Of a stretch of 63,139 nt of DNA, positions 38,501-52,430 are shown piece after piece. Source of the DNA: Acanthaster planci. Taxonomy: Eukaryota. The stretch is from NCBI RefSeq assembly GCF_001949145.1, contig NW_019091357.1, positions 686,671 through 749,809 of the forward strand. The letters are read 5' to 3'. How positions within the stretch are numbered: position 1 is the first letter of the stretch; each line of letters opens with the position of its first letter. Both the position numbers and the translations under genes were made by a program. The notes under the pieces were generated by a model. It ran no database searches. It had not been told where the DNA came from and saw only the letters and a list, made by a program, of their open reading frames with translations.

Positions 38501-41500
38501 AAGGTCAAACCTTGCTTACTTCAGAATAAAAAAGAAGCTGACAAATGCGTAGCGTGTGAGACCCCCAAACCTGCAGAAATGCAAAAAACTGCCTCACCAC
38601 CACTTAGCAATTCCCTGCTGGACAGGTTCAGACCAACCCCTGGAAGCTGGGAATGCAACACCTGTCTAATAAAAAACAAATCTGATGCAGACAAGTGTAT
38701 CTCCTGTACGACGCCCAAACCAGGTGCTTGTGGTTTGAACCCACCTGCCTCTAGTAATGCATTAACAAACTCATCCGCCAAGGGTGGCTTGGGGACTAAA
38801 TTGAACCCCTCTGATGTCAATGGCACCAACTCTTCTGTCTCAACCAAAACGGACAATGTCATGGACAAGTTTAAATCACCGTCTGTTTCATGGACTTGTG
38901 ACACCTGTTTGATACAGAATAAAGAGTCAGCTGACAGGTGTATAGCATGCGAAACGCCAAAGCCAGGAAGTCAACCAACGCTCAAAACACCGCCGGGTAT
39001 GAAAAAACTCTTCATTCTTTTTTCTCGTTATTTATAATTGAATTGTATCCAAGTGAAACGTTCACCAATGGCAGCAGAGTTGAAAAGACTTGGTTCATTT
39101 GAAGATATCTTCCATCTCACGCAATGAGTGAATATTTTACGTATTCCGTAAGAATCAATTTTGTCTTTCTTTTCACAGTTTCAGCATTCAAATTTGGAAG
39201 CCAATCAGTTTCAGGGTCCAGCAGCACAGCAGGTAGTTTCAAGTTTGGCGGTACCAACACAGATAGTACCTTCAAGTTCTCCTCGGGCAAGCTGAATGTG
39301 CCGTCTGATGGGCTTACCTTTGGAGCACCGAAGACATCAACTAGCGGGATTCAGTTTGGATTGTCTAAAGACAACACCTCCTCTGGCTTCAAGTTTGGTT
39401 CAAGTTCAGACTCGCAGACCAAGACTAACTCCTCGACGGCAGCTGACGGCATAACGTTTAGCTCAGACAAAGCCAACAAATCAGATAGTGGATTGAAGTT
39501 GGGGGCGCAGGCAGTCTCGGCTGGTGAGTCCACTCAAGATACGCCAACAGTCAGTTCCAGTTTCCAATTTGGCTCTGCATCAACAAAGTCAGACTCTGTC
39601 CCTCCAAATGTGGACCCATTTAAAACAGCCTCATCAAGCAAAACAAGCTTTGGTTCAGGTTTAGGTGCAAATACTGTAACGACAGATACTCAAGAAACGG
39701 ACTCAATAGCCAAACAGAAACAAGGGTTCACGTTTGGCTCAAGCAAGGGTGATACCCCCAAAGTGAATTTTGGCAGCTCAGTCACAGATCAGAACCAGAC
39801 CGGTGCCAAATTTTCTTTTGGGGCCAAGGCACCAACAGACGATGCCACCAAACCAACCACATTTCAATTCACTGCTAGCACCAATTCTCCAGCTTCAACC
39901 TCCCAGGACTCTGTTGAGAAACCAACCCTAAAATTTGGTGCCTCGTCATCAGTCGTTGAAGACGCACCCAAGCTGGTCAGCGTAAGTTCTGGATTCAGTT
40001 TTGGAGGGGCCGCAGTGAATGCCACAGACTCGACGCAGCAACTGTCTCACCAGAACAGTGTGGCTCCAACCTTCCAATTTGGCAAGCCCAACTCAGGAAG
40101 TGATGAAGCAGGCACTGGCCATCCACCCCTCAAAAAAGGAGTGACTTTTGCCTCTCCCGTTGAGCAGCAATCAGCAACAGAGGTTAAGAGTGCCTTCGCT
40201 TTTGGCGGAACGCCCAGTGAGCCATCAACATCGCAGCCTACTCCTTTTGTCTTTGGAACAACTGACAAAGGTATTGTTCTTCCTCATGCAAACTATTCTA
40301 CCACTCTCATTTTGACAGATTTATGTTTGGCAAAGTGTTTCTCTAAGGGTCAGTGGAAGAGGTTTTTGAAGAGTGGACCAGTTTCAGGCCAATGCAAGTT
40401 TATACAAACACGCAGCAGTCGGTCGTCGAGGAGCTGTTGAATGTCCCATTTTACTCTAAATTGTAAAGTTCCCTTTGTATTCTCATTGGGTTTGAAGATC
40501 TGAAATGGTACATTCCAATCACCTCTTTGGTTAGCAGAAGGTTTACTTTTCCTCCTGTTTGCAGGTGACACTGCTTCCAAGCCAAATGGTGGTATCACGT
40601 TTGGAACACCAACACAAACAACAGCACCAACACAGTCTGTTGAGCCCTTCACATTTGGAGCAGGTGGGTAGAGAGACAAATTGGTTTATATTTCCTGAAA
40701 AGAAGTAACCCCAATTCAGACAGGTGTTCTACAGTCGTGCTGAACCGAACAGAATTAAGAGTGACTCAGGTCGACCTGATTAAATTTTGGTTTCAGACAG
40801 ACAAACTTAATGCAAAGATTCGAATTGAGTTTGATCCATGAAAAGAGCGACGTTTGAAACCAAGTCGCTCTGGTGTCATCCCGAGCACCTTCAGGTGTTG
40901 AACTTTTGCCTGCTAGCACACTCGGCCACTCTTAATTGTTTCGGACATTGAACTTTTGCCATACTATAGGGAAAGAAAGCCTGTCTGAAATAGGTTTAAG
41001 ATTCAAGAATGTAGTAAGCAACAACGAACCACAAACAACTGCAACCATAGGTTACAACCATTGTATTGTCAAAGTGACAATTGTTAGACACACAAACGTG
41101 TATTTGTAAACAGTTTCTCTTGCATGGCTATTTGTTTTGCTTTGGAATCCTACAATGAGTGTTCCGATGTCTGACTTTTCAGTGTTGGCAGGTATAAGAT
41201 AAAACAGGTGGAACATGTTTTTTTCTTTTTTTTTGTTTGTTCAGGAACCAATAACAGCAAATCAGCAAGCTTCAACTTTTCAGCATCCTCCAATCAAAAT
41301 GCTGCCCCAGCATCAGATGGTTTCAAGTTTGGCTCCACGTCAACGTCAGTAGCATCGACCCCTACTCAGCAGAACCCACCAGCATTCGGAGGTAGGGTGT
41401 GATCCAGGGGTACACCATCAAGAGGTGGCGGTTTTCAAAATGAATTGGGAGTATAAAAGTTCATGCTTACTTCTGTCTTCAAACTGAATAGATTTCACTT

Positions 41501-42894
41501 CACAAACAAAATACCTCTATTAGACCTTGCATCGATAATGTTTGGTCAGCAAACAGAAAGTCTCCTTTTTCTCTCTCTATTTTTTTAATTTGTTGTTAAA
41601 TGTTAGCATTTATCTTTCCTCTTTAGTGAATTGCTTTTAATTGTTCCATTCTTTTATATTTTTCTTCAAGGCTTTAGTAGCTCAGCCTCTTCCTCCAACA
41701 CCACCTTTGGCTCCGCCTTCGGGAGCCAACCAGCTACTAATTCCACCTCAAATCCCTTTGGTGGCCAGCAATCATCCCAGGCTTCAGTCCCAGCGTTTGG
41801 TGCCCCAAGTGGGACCAGCGTGTTCGGCAGCTCAGCCACGCCTGCATTTGGTGCCACTGCGTCGGCGGGCAGCTCCGGATCATCCACGCCAACGTTTGGT
41901 GCAGGTGGAGCTGGTACTGCCCCGGGGTTTGGCAGCGCTACTCCCAGCTTTGGTTCTGGCACAGTAAATACCACAATGGGTAAGCAATTCCCAAGTACTG
42001 CATGAACCAAGTTGGTATTTCCAGAAGACAAGTTCAATCAGGAACAAAGTGTGCGCGCGAGCCTGCGTATGGCTAAGATGATTGGGCACAACTCGCACAC
42101 GCATATTTGCTGTTTCTAAATGATGTCGGCTGCCGTTGTTTCAGGCATGTGTAGTTGGAATAACAAACTGGCTCATTAACATGGAGTTTGATTAGATAAA
42201 TTTTTGTTATCACTGTTGGTGCCATTTTGGGATGAATTGGCTTACTCTTGGTTTCATTACCTAATTCCAGGGTTCCAACCAGAGGCTGCGCCATCCTTCA
42301 ACTTTGGTGGCAGCAACCCTTCATCAGGGACCACGCCAGGGGTGTTCACCTTCGGAGCCAGCAACAACCAGAATGCTGTCCCTACTGTTGCTGCTCCACA
42401 AGCAGCAACAACTGGAGGATATAACTTTGGGCAATCAGCCTCGGGATTTGGCATGCAAGGTGGCGCCCAAAATGCCGCAGGTGCTCCAGCATCTGGGGTT
42501 TTCCAGTTTGGGTAAGAAAACAAGACTTGGGTTTTGATTTGTCAAGACTTGTTTAGTTGTGGCAGGGTACATCTGAAGTGAAGCAGCCAGGAGAAGTTTA
42601 GAATAACTTGAATTCTCTATCTTTGCAGTTGGTCAAGCTCAAATGCTCCTTGATTTATTTCTAATTTGCACATTTTTTGTAAATTGCCAACTAGTCCATT
42701 TCCAAATTCGCCACATGTCAAATGTTCCTAGCATTTCGGCCGAGTTTTTAAGTAGTTTTCCTCTTTCTTCCTACAACAACAGATCTAACCAGTCACAGCC
42801 CCAAGCACCTGGTGCTTCGTTCACATTTGGCGCAGCAGCGGGTACTGGACAGCGCAAGTTCCGGAAAGCTGTCCGCAGGACAAGGAAAACATAA
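26550..42894 (+). CDS. NUP153: Nuclear pore complex protein Nup153 (~1590 aa if the exon-7 frameshift is corrected)
   Basis: Exons 26550-26630, 28794-29169, 30752-30868, 31118-31293, 32290-32418, 32525-32707, 35984-36256, 36534-36699, 37181-37462, 37606-37858, 38259-38996, 39179-40270, 40565-40663, 41245-41391, 41671-41979, 42271-42511, 42783-42894. Hallmarks: N-terminal GGGKMR..KPY, SPFYPGKTTYGGA, TAKRILDTLEKMSTPLSDAKRIP, GGKMK, RanBP2 zinc fingers, many FxFG repeats and C-terminal RKFRKAVRR. Confidence 0.95.
26907..28056. mobile_element. Foldback-type non-autonomous DNA element with 19-bp subterminal tandem repeats
   Basis: The left arm has many GTCAACTCGTACCCCA units (26913-27136) and the right arm the reverse complement (27906-28050); flanked by the direct repeat CTACACC (26900-26906, 28057-28063). 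Confidence 0.85.
31415..31538. mobile_element. Degenerate MITE-like hairpin
   Basis: TAAGGCTGCATTCGAA ... TTCGGACATGGCCTAA, with an inner pair GGCTATGTCTA / TAGACCTAGCC. Confidence 0.45.
40711..40995. mobile_element. MITE-like element
   Basis: TTCAGACAGG ... CCTGTCTGAA near the ends; inner inverted AATTAAGAGTG / CACTCTTAATT. Confidence 0.55.
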
Positions 42895-43622
42895 CAGCCC
42901 TGTCAACTGGCTCTAAAGCCTCCAAAGCACCACCTCTTGGGTAACATTTCATCTTCTTACTCGTCTTGATGGAGTCTGCGTAGTTAGTGATTTTAGGATT
43001 AATTTGGTCTCACTGACCAGCTCTTGAATAGTAGCTGACAGACTGGTGACAACGCTTTGCCTAAATAAATTATCCCTGAATTCTCAAGCGTGCCACTGTT
43101 TCAGTTTTAGCCATCCATACAGCATCTTTTGTTGACTTCATAAGCTACCTCCCTCAATTCCCCCCCCCTGGTTTGGGTGGTAATATATTTCTTTTGATAA
43201 TCTTCATCTAGCAAGCTCATTCCTCATTGATGTTGAAGATGTGCAGTTAGAAATGCTGTTGGAAAGCAGATGCGCTAATTCATTGGGCAAAGTGGCATTT
43301 AGGAGGAAGTTTTTATTGATCTTGTGCAATGTTGAATCCCCTTCTTGGAGCTGAAGTTCAGCATGTGTTCTCCCAGGTTTAGAAGAAGAACATAAATGCT
43401 GTAAAACAGAAACTGAGAGAATTTGGGCGGCAAACGCAGGAAACAACACTAAGCCTTGCTGGTTGTGCTCAGATAACTTTGAACGATGGAAATTGAATAC
43501 ACTGCTGTCACTTTCAGTGTCATCAATAGAGCACACAATCCTGTCCGATGAGAGCTCATCTGAAGTGATTCTTGTCCCATCTTTCCAAGTGTACAACAGC
43601 ACCACCTGTCCAAAGCTGGATA

Positions 43623-43787
43623 TATAGAGAGAGTAGCATCAACGTCAGACTTTGGAACCAAAATGGCCGTTCATTATATGTGCAGTGCAGCATGCAGCTG
43701 TTGTGTGCTAAATGTTCACTGTACACTGATGCATCATCCGCCATTTTGGGTCCAACAATTGAGACACTCATGTTGCAGCTCTCTATA
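43623..43787. mobile_element. MITE, copy 1 (TA-flanked)
   Basis: TATAGAGAG...CTCTCTATA ends; inner TTGGAACCAAAATGGC / GCCATTTTGGGTCCAA; related copy at 45343-45650. Confidence 0.7.
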
Positions 43788-45342
43788 ACACAGCTCTAGA
43801 CCTGTCTTCAAATCCTAACTGAAAGAAGGTCGAGTCCACCAATTATTTTGGCTCACATTTCCCTTAAAAACTGAGAATGTTCATCATTTCTCAAGAGCTT
43901 GTGGACTTGCTATATTTCTTCTGGGGGAATAGATTACTTTGAAATCCAGTTTAGCTGTATCTCCCGCAAATATCTGCTGATTGAGCTGAGTTCGCCAGTG
44001 ACAGGGAGTGGACTTTCAATCTTGAAGGCAGTAAAGCCAAGTGTGATACAAATTGATTGAGAACTCCATTATTGCTCTCTCATTGTTGGATTTTACTGCC
44101 AGGGGACTATTTATTCCAGAAGTCTCCAACGAGGGAAAAAGTTTTACATGAAGCTGTCTGACTTCTTTTCTGGGATCGTCAGTTTGAAGAATGTTCATTT
44201 GTCTATTTTGAATGGCCAGTCATCACATTTGAATTGTCCAGTGTTGATGTATTTCTGTGCATGTTGTTTGATTTTTTACCTGGATTCAAACTCCAAATTT
44301 TAGTTTTACTCTTTGTTTGTGGGTGAAAAAGTTTGTAAATAGTGCATATTGTAAAGTCAGGTGGTTGTTTATATATTATTTGTTTTGTTGATTTTTGGTC
44401 TTTTGTGCTATGAACTCACTTCCAGCCATAACTGGGGGCGGGTTGAAAATCTTGCTGAGGTTACAAAAAGAATAGGTCCGTGTAAAAATGTGCCAAGAAG
44501 GGTTGAATGTCTTTCCCACAAAAATGGTTGATGTGCTCTCCAAAAATATCTTGGCACTCGGTTTGTATGATTTAGGATTGAGTCAGGATCTGGCTGTAAC
44601 CTAAGTGATTTTTCAGCCGTGGTTGGAAACCAGAAATGGCATTCAGGTTCATTTTTTTTCCCATACCCTAAGATGACAAACATGTTACTTTCACGTTTTT
44701 TTCTGATCTTCACTTAAGACAAGAAAATTATGGTCATGCGTCTGTTGATATGTTTTCCGTCTTAAAACTGTCGTCAATATTTTTAAACTTGGAAGAAACC
44801 ATATTGAAAATGCGGTTTCTTCAGAATCTTCAGAAATTTAACTGCATGAAATCGCCTGGATGGGTTTTCTATACATGCAGCGCTGTACTGCACCTGTAGA
44901 AGCCCTACCTTATAATGTATGTTTGTCGTGTTCTGTAATTGGCTTTCCAAGTACATCTTTTGATGAGCTTCTCATTTATCTGTGCCAGACGTGTACTTGA
45001 TTGTCTTGAAAATGTATAAGCATCATGAATTTGAAAAAAAAATGAAGACCTAAAAATTTGATGAATCATAAGAAAATGTTCAGCATAAAGCAACGCATCG
45101 TACATGTGTTGTGCCAAGACAAAATTAAGGCTTGAACGCCAATTAAAACCATCATCCTCAGTAAGTTTAGTAGACTTTTTTACTCTTTCTGAAAAGAAGA
45201 AACTATAGATGCCTCTTAGTTATGTTTTAATCAATGCTCTTTGTTCAGGAATTGATCAGGAATTGAATTTGGAGTAAATCTAATTGGTAATGTGCTTCCT
45301 ATCAGATAACATGACTACCATTGATCAATAGCTGTGTACATG

Positions 45343-45650
45343 TAGAGAGTGTAGGGCCAACTTCAGACTTTGGCACCAAAATGGCTGGTCACTGTCAGTG
45401 CAGTACAGCGTGCAGCTGTTATGTGCTAATGAGCCAGTGTAGCATTTCAACAGCGCGTGCCCACTATGAGGGTATTCAGGAACGGCTACGCACATGTGCG
45501 ATCGTCTGTCCTATCAGTGCAGCCATTCCTGAAAGACCTTGGCTTTTGGAATTCCAGACTAACTCACTGTCCATGTGCACTGAAGCATAATCCACCATTT
45601 TGGTTCCAACAAATAAGAATTTGAGACACCTGTGTCACAACTCTGTCTGT
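45343..45650. mobile_element. MITE, copy 2 of the same family
   Basis: CAACTTCAGACTTTGGCACCAAAATGGC ... CCATTTTGGTTCCAACAA..TTGAGACAC matches both arms of 43623-43787. Confidence 0.7.
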
Positions 45651-48049
45651 AAACAGCTGTGACTTGAACAGTTTTTCTTTATTCCTTTCACTTCACTGCC
45701 ATTAGATAGGTCCCCGTGTTGTCAAATAAGCATTTCAGAATTGCTTAGATTGGATGATGCCAAACAAAAAAATTAAGCAAGACCCGAACTATTATGCAAA
45801 TTTTTAAGGACAGTGTTGATGACAAAAATAAAAGTAATAACAGAGATTTTATGTTTCGTCATTAGAAACGGTAGAAATTAGTGGAGGACAATTTTATACT
45901 TTGTATACAGGGTCTATGACAACGGGATACTTTATGCCAAATCATATACTTTAACTTCCTGTATGTATGCTTGCTACACATTCTCTCTTCAGTGACATAA
46001 TAACATTACCTTTGAACATAGTCAACCTCAAACTGTGTTTATAATCAATTTTTTGACACACTGTAGCCTGAAACGAAGCTGTGGAAAAAAATCATTGTTT
46101 CAGCCTGAGCTGATATTTTATATTTAAAAGGCTCGTTTACTCTGTCAGTTTCTTTTGGATAATATAATACATCTTGAAGTAACCAATACAGCACTGTTTA
46201 TTTCCTGTGATCTTTTTCTCTGCTTTGCAAACTCGGTGACAAGCAGCGGAGGCATTGTGTATTTTTGGCATATAAACCTCCAAACAAACTGTATTCCTCA
46301 GTCCAAAATCTGTTCTCTTGATCTCAGTTTTAGCATTTACAGAAACTGAGGGAAGACTAACTTATTTGGTTATTTATTGGTACTGTAACTAAGTCCAAGA
46401 ACACTAGCGTCATCTCTCCCTCAGAAAACTTTGCATCTAATTACAATGGCAAAATTGGAATTTTTTTATCAGTTGCATGAAATCTGGGAAGAAAAAAGCA
46501 TCAGATTTGGTCAGATTTTCAAATTCTTCTGAACCTCCTCTCAAGGTTAGCCATTTTGTAAATTGAATGGAGAGAAGCCATTCTGAATGTAATTTCATAG
46601 GTATCCCATCATGCTCCACACTACCCATGATGCCTCATTGTTCCCAAGATGCCTCATTACAAGACAGAGAGGCATGTGACTTCATTCTGACGGTGTATTA
46701 TTTCTCATGGTTGATCGTTCAGGATATGCCGTGTTTCAAAACTTAAATTGTATTGTATGATGCATTGCGTATTCCATGATGCATTATGTATCCCACAATG
46801 CACCATGTATCTATCCCATCATGCACCACTCACTCGAGGCATCCTCATATTACTTACAATTGTTTCATTACATACCGTCACAATGCATATTTCCATAAGC
46901 GTCTTTTTTCCTCTCATAATCAGAATTCACAGATTGTTGCATTTTATCTGTTTAATGTAAACAAAGTTGGTCAGATACGAGGCATGTTACGAATGATATC
47001 GCCTTATATTTTGTCCTATGTTGTGGTTTTGTTACTTGTACAAAAACTGTAAATATTGAGCCGTGGCCAGAACCATTTTTGTAAAGGGACAATTTTTTAT
47101 TCACGGTGCAATGTGTGTAATTTATTTTCCCAATTTCAACTTTAGTAAGACTAATATTTTGTACTTAGGTAGGAATGAACCTCTGATACACTTAGTGTAT
47201 TTCATTTTTTCCTCTTCTTGCACCAATCCTGTCTTTAAAAAAAGCTAAGATTTATTTTCACAACAAATGATGAATTCAACCCTTGTACAGGAATGGTCTG
47301 GCCCGGTTCTTGTGGCAAAAAGTACACAATAATAATTATGATATTAAAAAATAAACACTTTTATGAGTTTGTTATGAATTGCGTACCATGTCAGAAATAA
47401 ACGCCTTTTATCCAAAGTGTGTATTTATATCCAAAAAAACCTCTGACAATATTGTCTTTTAAAAATGTCATTTGACAACAGATGAGAGCTGTTTGTGATT
47501 CTATAGGGAATATCTGGTGTGAAATGTGTGAATGTGCGTAAATTTTAGGATATTGTGAGTATGAGAGTTTAAAACATGTTTGAATTTCCAGCTATGTAAA
47601 AAAAAATGAAAGGGCATTTATTTCTGATGTGGTTCCCTTGCAGAATTATTGTTGTATATAGTTTTTATGGAGCTTGTTAATTGACGGAGAACCCATTGGA
47701 AGCATTGACAATGTGGAAAAATAAATAAAAGAAGACAGATTGTAGCCACCGAATGGACACAAGTGGACCGATTCATTCTCAATCGATGGTCCCTTTTTTG
47801 CTAGATTTTCTTGTAAAAGATATAAGATTACGGACACCAACACTGTTGTGTGTTTTTTTCAGATATTGAAGACTTTTTCGTATGTGGACGCACGCGAAAG
47901 CCCTTTAAAATGACCCACTATCAAATCAATGTAATGGAAGTTTCCATTTGACAAAATTTGCCGTTTTACTTAACTTTGGTCCAAAGCTTTATATGTACAT
48001 TCATCCTTTCAAAAAATACACTGTAACAACGGTACTTGAATATATTTTG

Positions 48050-48212
48050 TTCATGGCTAGATTCAACCACCAGAGGGCGCGTTTTGAAGAAAAGTTCACG
48101 GCGGGTCGATCCGGCCGGCTAGGCTTAATTCACGCGGCAAAATTAATCTCTTCTGGAAAGTTGCAAAGTGAAAGTTCTTACAATCGAAATCAATCAACCG
48201 GAAGTTTTGGCA
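48050..48212 (+). promoter_or_regulatory. CpG-rich promoter with CTCF and ETS motifs
   Basis: CCACCAGAGGGCGC (CTCF consensus, 48067-48080), ACCGGAAGT (ETS, 48197-48205), YY1 AAGATGGCGG at 48640; sharp rise in CpG relative to the flanks. Confidence 0.7.
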
Positions 48213-49347
48213 ATGCAAGGCGACTGGTGGCACCGTGGTTTTCCCAACAAATCCAGGGATCGTTATGATGCATTTTCGAGCTCCTCGCGTGCTTGGGAGA
48301 TACCGAAAACGGACCCGGGAACGTCGCCGAAAATTGTCACCTTGACGGTACAGCCGCTGGCTGACAGCAGCGTGATGAACCAACACTGCGCAAGCCGAAG
48401 TCGTCATCTCAGTATGGCCTCAACGGAGAGTCTCCTGGCGCAACGACGTAGAAAATTAAGCTTTAAAAACAGAACTCTTCAAAATAACTCAAGTAAGTGT
48501 GGATTTTGAAACAGAGCCTTCACCACAAACGAGGCCTTCGGCTTGAGCAAAAAAGACACGCATGACACAGGCCAAGGCCTACCCATTTGAGGCCAACACA
48601 ACAAAGAAACAAAAGTCAGAGTTGGACGTGATTCTTCTGAAGATGGCGGTGCAGTTGTTCGTTTTGTAAGGGGCATGAAATGAAAAATCATAGAACTTGA
48701 GGCCTAGGCTAGATTTAGGAAGGAGTAGGCCCCTATCTAGGAACAAGCGTTGTTCACGTTGTTACATGTATGTTGTCCCAAACGTTAGACTAAAATACAA
48801 AAAGTCCCAGAACTTCCAAATATGAATAACGTAGGGCCTAGGCCTACTCAAGTTTTCCCTTAAAATGTTATAACACTAACACTAACAGCCATTTCTGAAA
48901 AAGAGAAATTTAGCTTAGAAAATTCTTAAGCATTTAGGCCCTAGGCCAACTTAGGTTTTTTTCAGACAAGTCTCACACTCACAATAGGCCTACTGCACAA
49001 GGGCTCCATGTTGCTTCCCAAATACGCATTTTACTATATTTTTTAGGGTTGATTTGGGAAATTCTTCAGACTAACGTTTGGCTTATTACTGTTTAATTGT
49101 TTCATAGAGACCACATTTTATTTTTGACTATGATTGGCTGTCTAGGACCCAGACAATGCCAGACCGATGTTTGTATCAGTTTCACAAAGGCCCAGGACTA
49201 GCAACTTTTAAAGAAATTTTCATATATTAAGTTTTTATTTTTTGTTATCATCTTCCTAGGACCACTAAGCATGTCTGGTACACGGGAAAGTTTGGAAATG
49301 CAAGACCTTACTTGGACAAATTTCTTTGAAAAGCACTTTCGCACCCG
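48213..49347 (+). CDS. Alternative N-terminus A (two exons: 48213-48492 and 49260-49347)
   Basis: MQGDWWHRG...RTLQNNS ends in phase 1 at GTAAGT and joins in frame to a CCTAG-accepted exon RPLSMSGTRESLEMQDLTWTNFFEKHFRT, which ends CG|GTAAGT (phase 2). Confidence 0.65.
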
Positions 49348-52300
49348 GTAAGTAAGTGCTTCTTTTTGGGGGAGGGGGTGTCATTTACATGCATGTATGT
49401 TTGCTTTTAATTCAAATAACATCTTCATTTACATTTTCAAAAGTTTTTTGATTAGTAGTTGATGTTGTCATTTGTGTAATTTTCTAAAACATTTTTGCAA
49501 GTAGTTCTTACTTTTTAACATTTTTAAAGTGAATGTTTGTGTTTATTGTATGAGCAGGCAACGCATTTTGAAATCCTTGTTACATTTTGAAATCATGACA
49601 CATGTTGACAGATTTAGCTTTTCTTCCTTCTTACAAGTGTTCATCAACGTCATCAGGTTCCTATGCATGCGCAGTGCCCGATTAATTAATTACTCTCTGT
49701 ATACACAAGCGTGTTGATCCAAATGTCTTTGAAATATGGCGCAGCCGATGTGTGTCACGAAAATTTGATGTCTAAGAAGCCAATGCACATGGCAACCTAT
49801 TGGAAGTGACGTCACCTACAGCAGGAAAAAAAACGGTGAGACTGTGTAAGCCTGAGTAGGCATCAATCACTGTAAGAGCACAGTTTTAGAATGTCTGTCT
49901 AAGTTGGAAACAGTTTATTTATTTTTATTATTTGAATTAAATTTCTTGCTGAAAAGTCATCTTGGGAAGTTGATTCTTGACTCTTGATACATTAAACACC
50001 CAGGCACACCAGTTCATCCTTTATTTGATCTTCGTTGACCCCATAAATACCTGAGGAGTAATACACTTAGATCTACTCTGAGGAAGGATTTATCGTTATA
50101 GAAATGTGATTAATGAGGGGGAGATCACTGACTCCGACCATGGAAGAATTGTCAATTCAGGACTTGGGAAATGGACAGTCTCTCCCTTGTAGTGCTTCAT
50201 CTCTGGCTGTGATGCCCCCGGCCAGCCAGCTACGACTAGTTTGCCAGGATTTACTCAGGCAGCTCACATTGGCTGCAGTTTGGGAGTTTCAGCATAATCC
50301 TCTTTGTGGGGAGATATTTCTTTGGGATCTGAAGTGGTTTCTGTCTTTTCCTATCGTCTGTGGTCAGAGTGTGTTTGAGAGGGAGAACATTGGCACATGT
50401 AGAGTCAGACATGTATGTGGTTGTCTTGACTAAAGTTTATGTGGCTGTTAAAGACATTGACAAAATAAGTAACACGTAATTTTGTTTTGCTGCTTCAAAT
50501 TGTGAAAATGACAAAAATGTAACACAACTTACTGTGGCATTCATGTTACGGTGTAGCCTTCTGGCGTGGAAATGCCACGGGTTTACTCACAGCTAATAAA
50601 GAGAAGTCAGACCGTTTGAGGGACAGCTACCAGACTTGGACACCATTCACGACATTGCATTATAATTGCCATTTTCCAAAGTGTTACAAACAATTATGTT
50701 GAGTACTTGGGCCTAAATACTTTCAAACTCTGCTACCCAGCCTAGCTGTTCAAGAGCAATCAATTGACTCGTCAACTTCCCCCCCCCCTCATACAGGATT
50801 GGAAGCTCCAAGGCCGTTTTAATAGGGGTGAAATCAGTGAAGCTGTCCATGGGCATGTACATGTATGGAAAACCCTAAATACCCAGCAGGGGTAATGAAT
50901 AGGCCCCATCCACTTTGTGCAGGCATATTTTCAATGGCCTTATAAATAACTAAAGGGGACTGAATTCACCTCATCAGTGAGACAGGTGTAGTGGTGGCTA
51001 AGTTACTTGTGTTGAAGTGAATGCTGAGAGATATACACTAAACAGTGTGTTGATACATCAATAGGACCCCTGTCCACAGGGTCAGTGGTGAAACTTACTA
51101 GTAGGCAATAAGTGCTCATGGGGTCAAGAGAGTAAGAAATTCCAGCACCTGTCATTGATGGACAGTTACAGGTATGTGTACATGTATATAGCCAGATGTT
51201 AAATTAAAAAACTTTCAAAAGTAAAGTTGATCTGAACCTAAAGGAATTCCCATCTTTGTTTCCTTGCTTCATGCATATATACTAAAGCAGCTGCACCTGT
51301 TGGGTTTATACAAACTTATACCAGGCTTAATACCAGCATACTGCAAGTTTTATGAATGGAATTCCTCGGTACAGCCTGTGCAGCAGGTGTCAGCAAAAGA
51401 ATGATTCCCTGAACAAATCAGGAATCCAAACATTGGATTGATGCTAAGTAGGGATTGAATTGCCTGCTTAACCTTGTGCAAATACTGTTGAGTAAATAAA
51501 CTGGTGGAAATTTTCTACAGATGGGTCTGAACCTGTATTCGACTGTTGGTAAAAAAATTAATGAAATTATCCAACCAAACTTGAAATGTCAGCAATTATC
51601 TCTAACATTTCATCATGAATAAAATTGGGATCAAATTTCCCTCCTGTGTCATTCTGTCATTATACTGCAGGTTGGCTTTATTGATATTGTTGACGAAAGG
51701 ATTAACCCCAGATTTACTGTAGTGTGCCCCTGATAGGAGAAGTTTAACCTAAGACCCCCCCTCCCATCTGTGGACAGAAGGACTTGTGTCAGAGTCACCC
51801 TAAGCTGAAGCAGTCCTGCAGGAATTTGGAGGGGTTGTGCGCCCGCCGTTATTTTTGTGTCCTTGGAGTGACAGTGTGATCATGCAGAAGTACTGTTGGT
51901 ACTGAATGATGGACTTGACCCACCTTTAGATCTGCCAGGTTGTTCCTTTTTACAGTTGGGACAACAAAACAATTTTAAATGGTTTGTGTTATGCTGTGCA
52001 ACGTCAGGATCTCCTATACATTTGGACCGTGCGTCTTTGAGACTGGAAAGCACAATTGGTTGGAAGGAATTTGAGTTGCTGCATCCGGAGCCTGTTGCAC
52101 TTCTCTTTCACATGGCTTTAATTTGCTAGGCCAACATTTGAGGCTCCTGTGGAGCTGCTTGTTCTGTTACACAGGGCACTTTCACAGCCATTTGTTGCTA
52201 GGTTGTCCACCTCAAAGACAACAGTAAGGGCTGCGACTTTTTTGTGGAGTTCATCAAAGACTATGTGTCTAGTGTTAAATTTTTCATACATGTACCTTTT

Positions 52301-52430
52301 GATCTGCCGTCTACAACTCGGTATTGTGCAGTATGAGAAGAAACTCTGTGAGAGCTTGAGTGTTCATCAGAAGTCATCAAACACAGTGTGTAATGATGTC
52401 TCCCACTGAGATTCTTGCAAGACACTCGGG

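Noticed and set aside
38179..42523. Minus-strand ORFs overlapping NUP153 exons
   Set aside because: Antisense shadows of Ser/Thr/Gly-rich coding exons.
43204..43605. 133-aa minus-strand ORF in the NUP153 3' region
   Set aside because: No recognisable domain or splice structure; starts next to a MITE.
51158..51171. Additional phase-2 first exon (ATGGACAGTTACAG|GTATGT)
   Set aside because: Only four codons, easily chance; not counted in the array.
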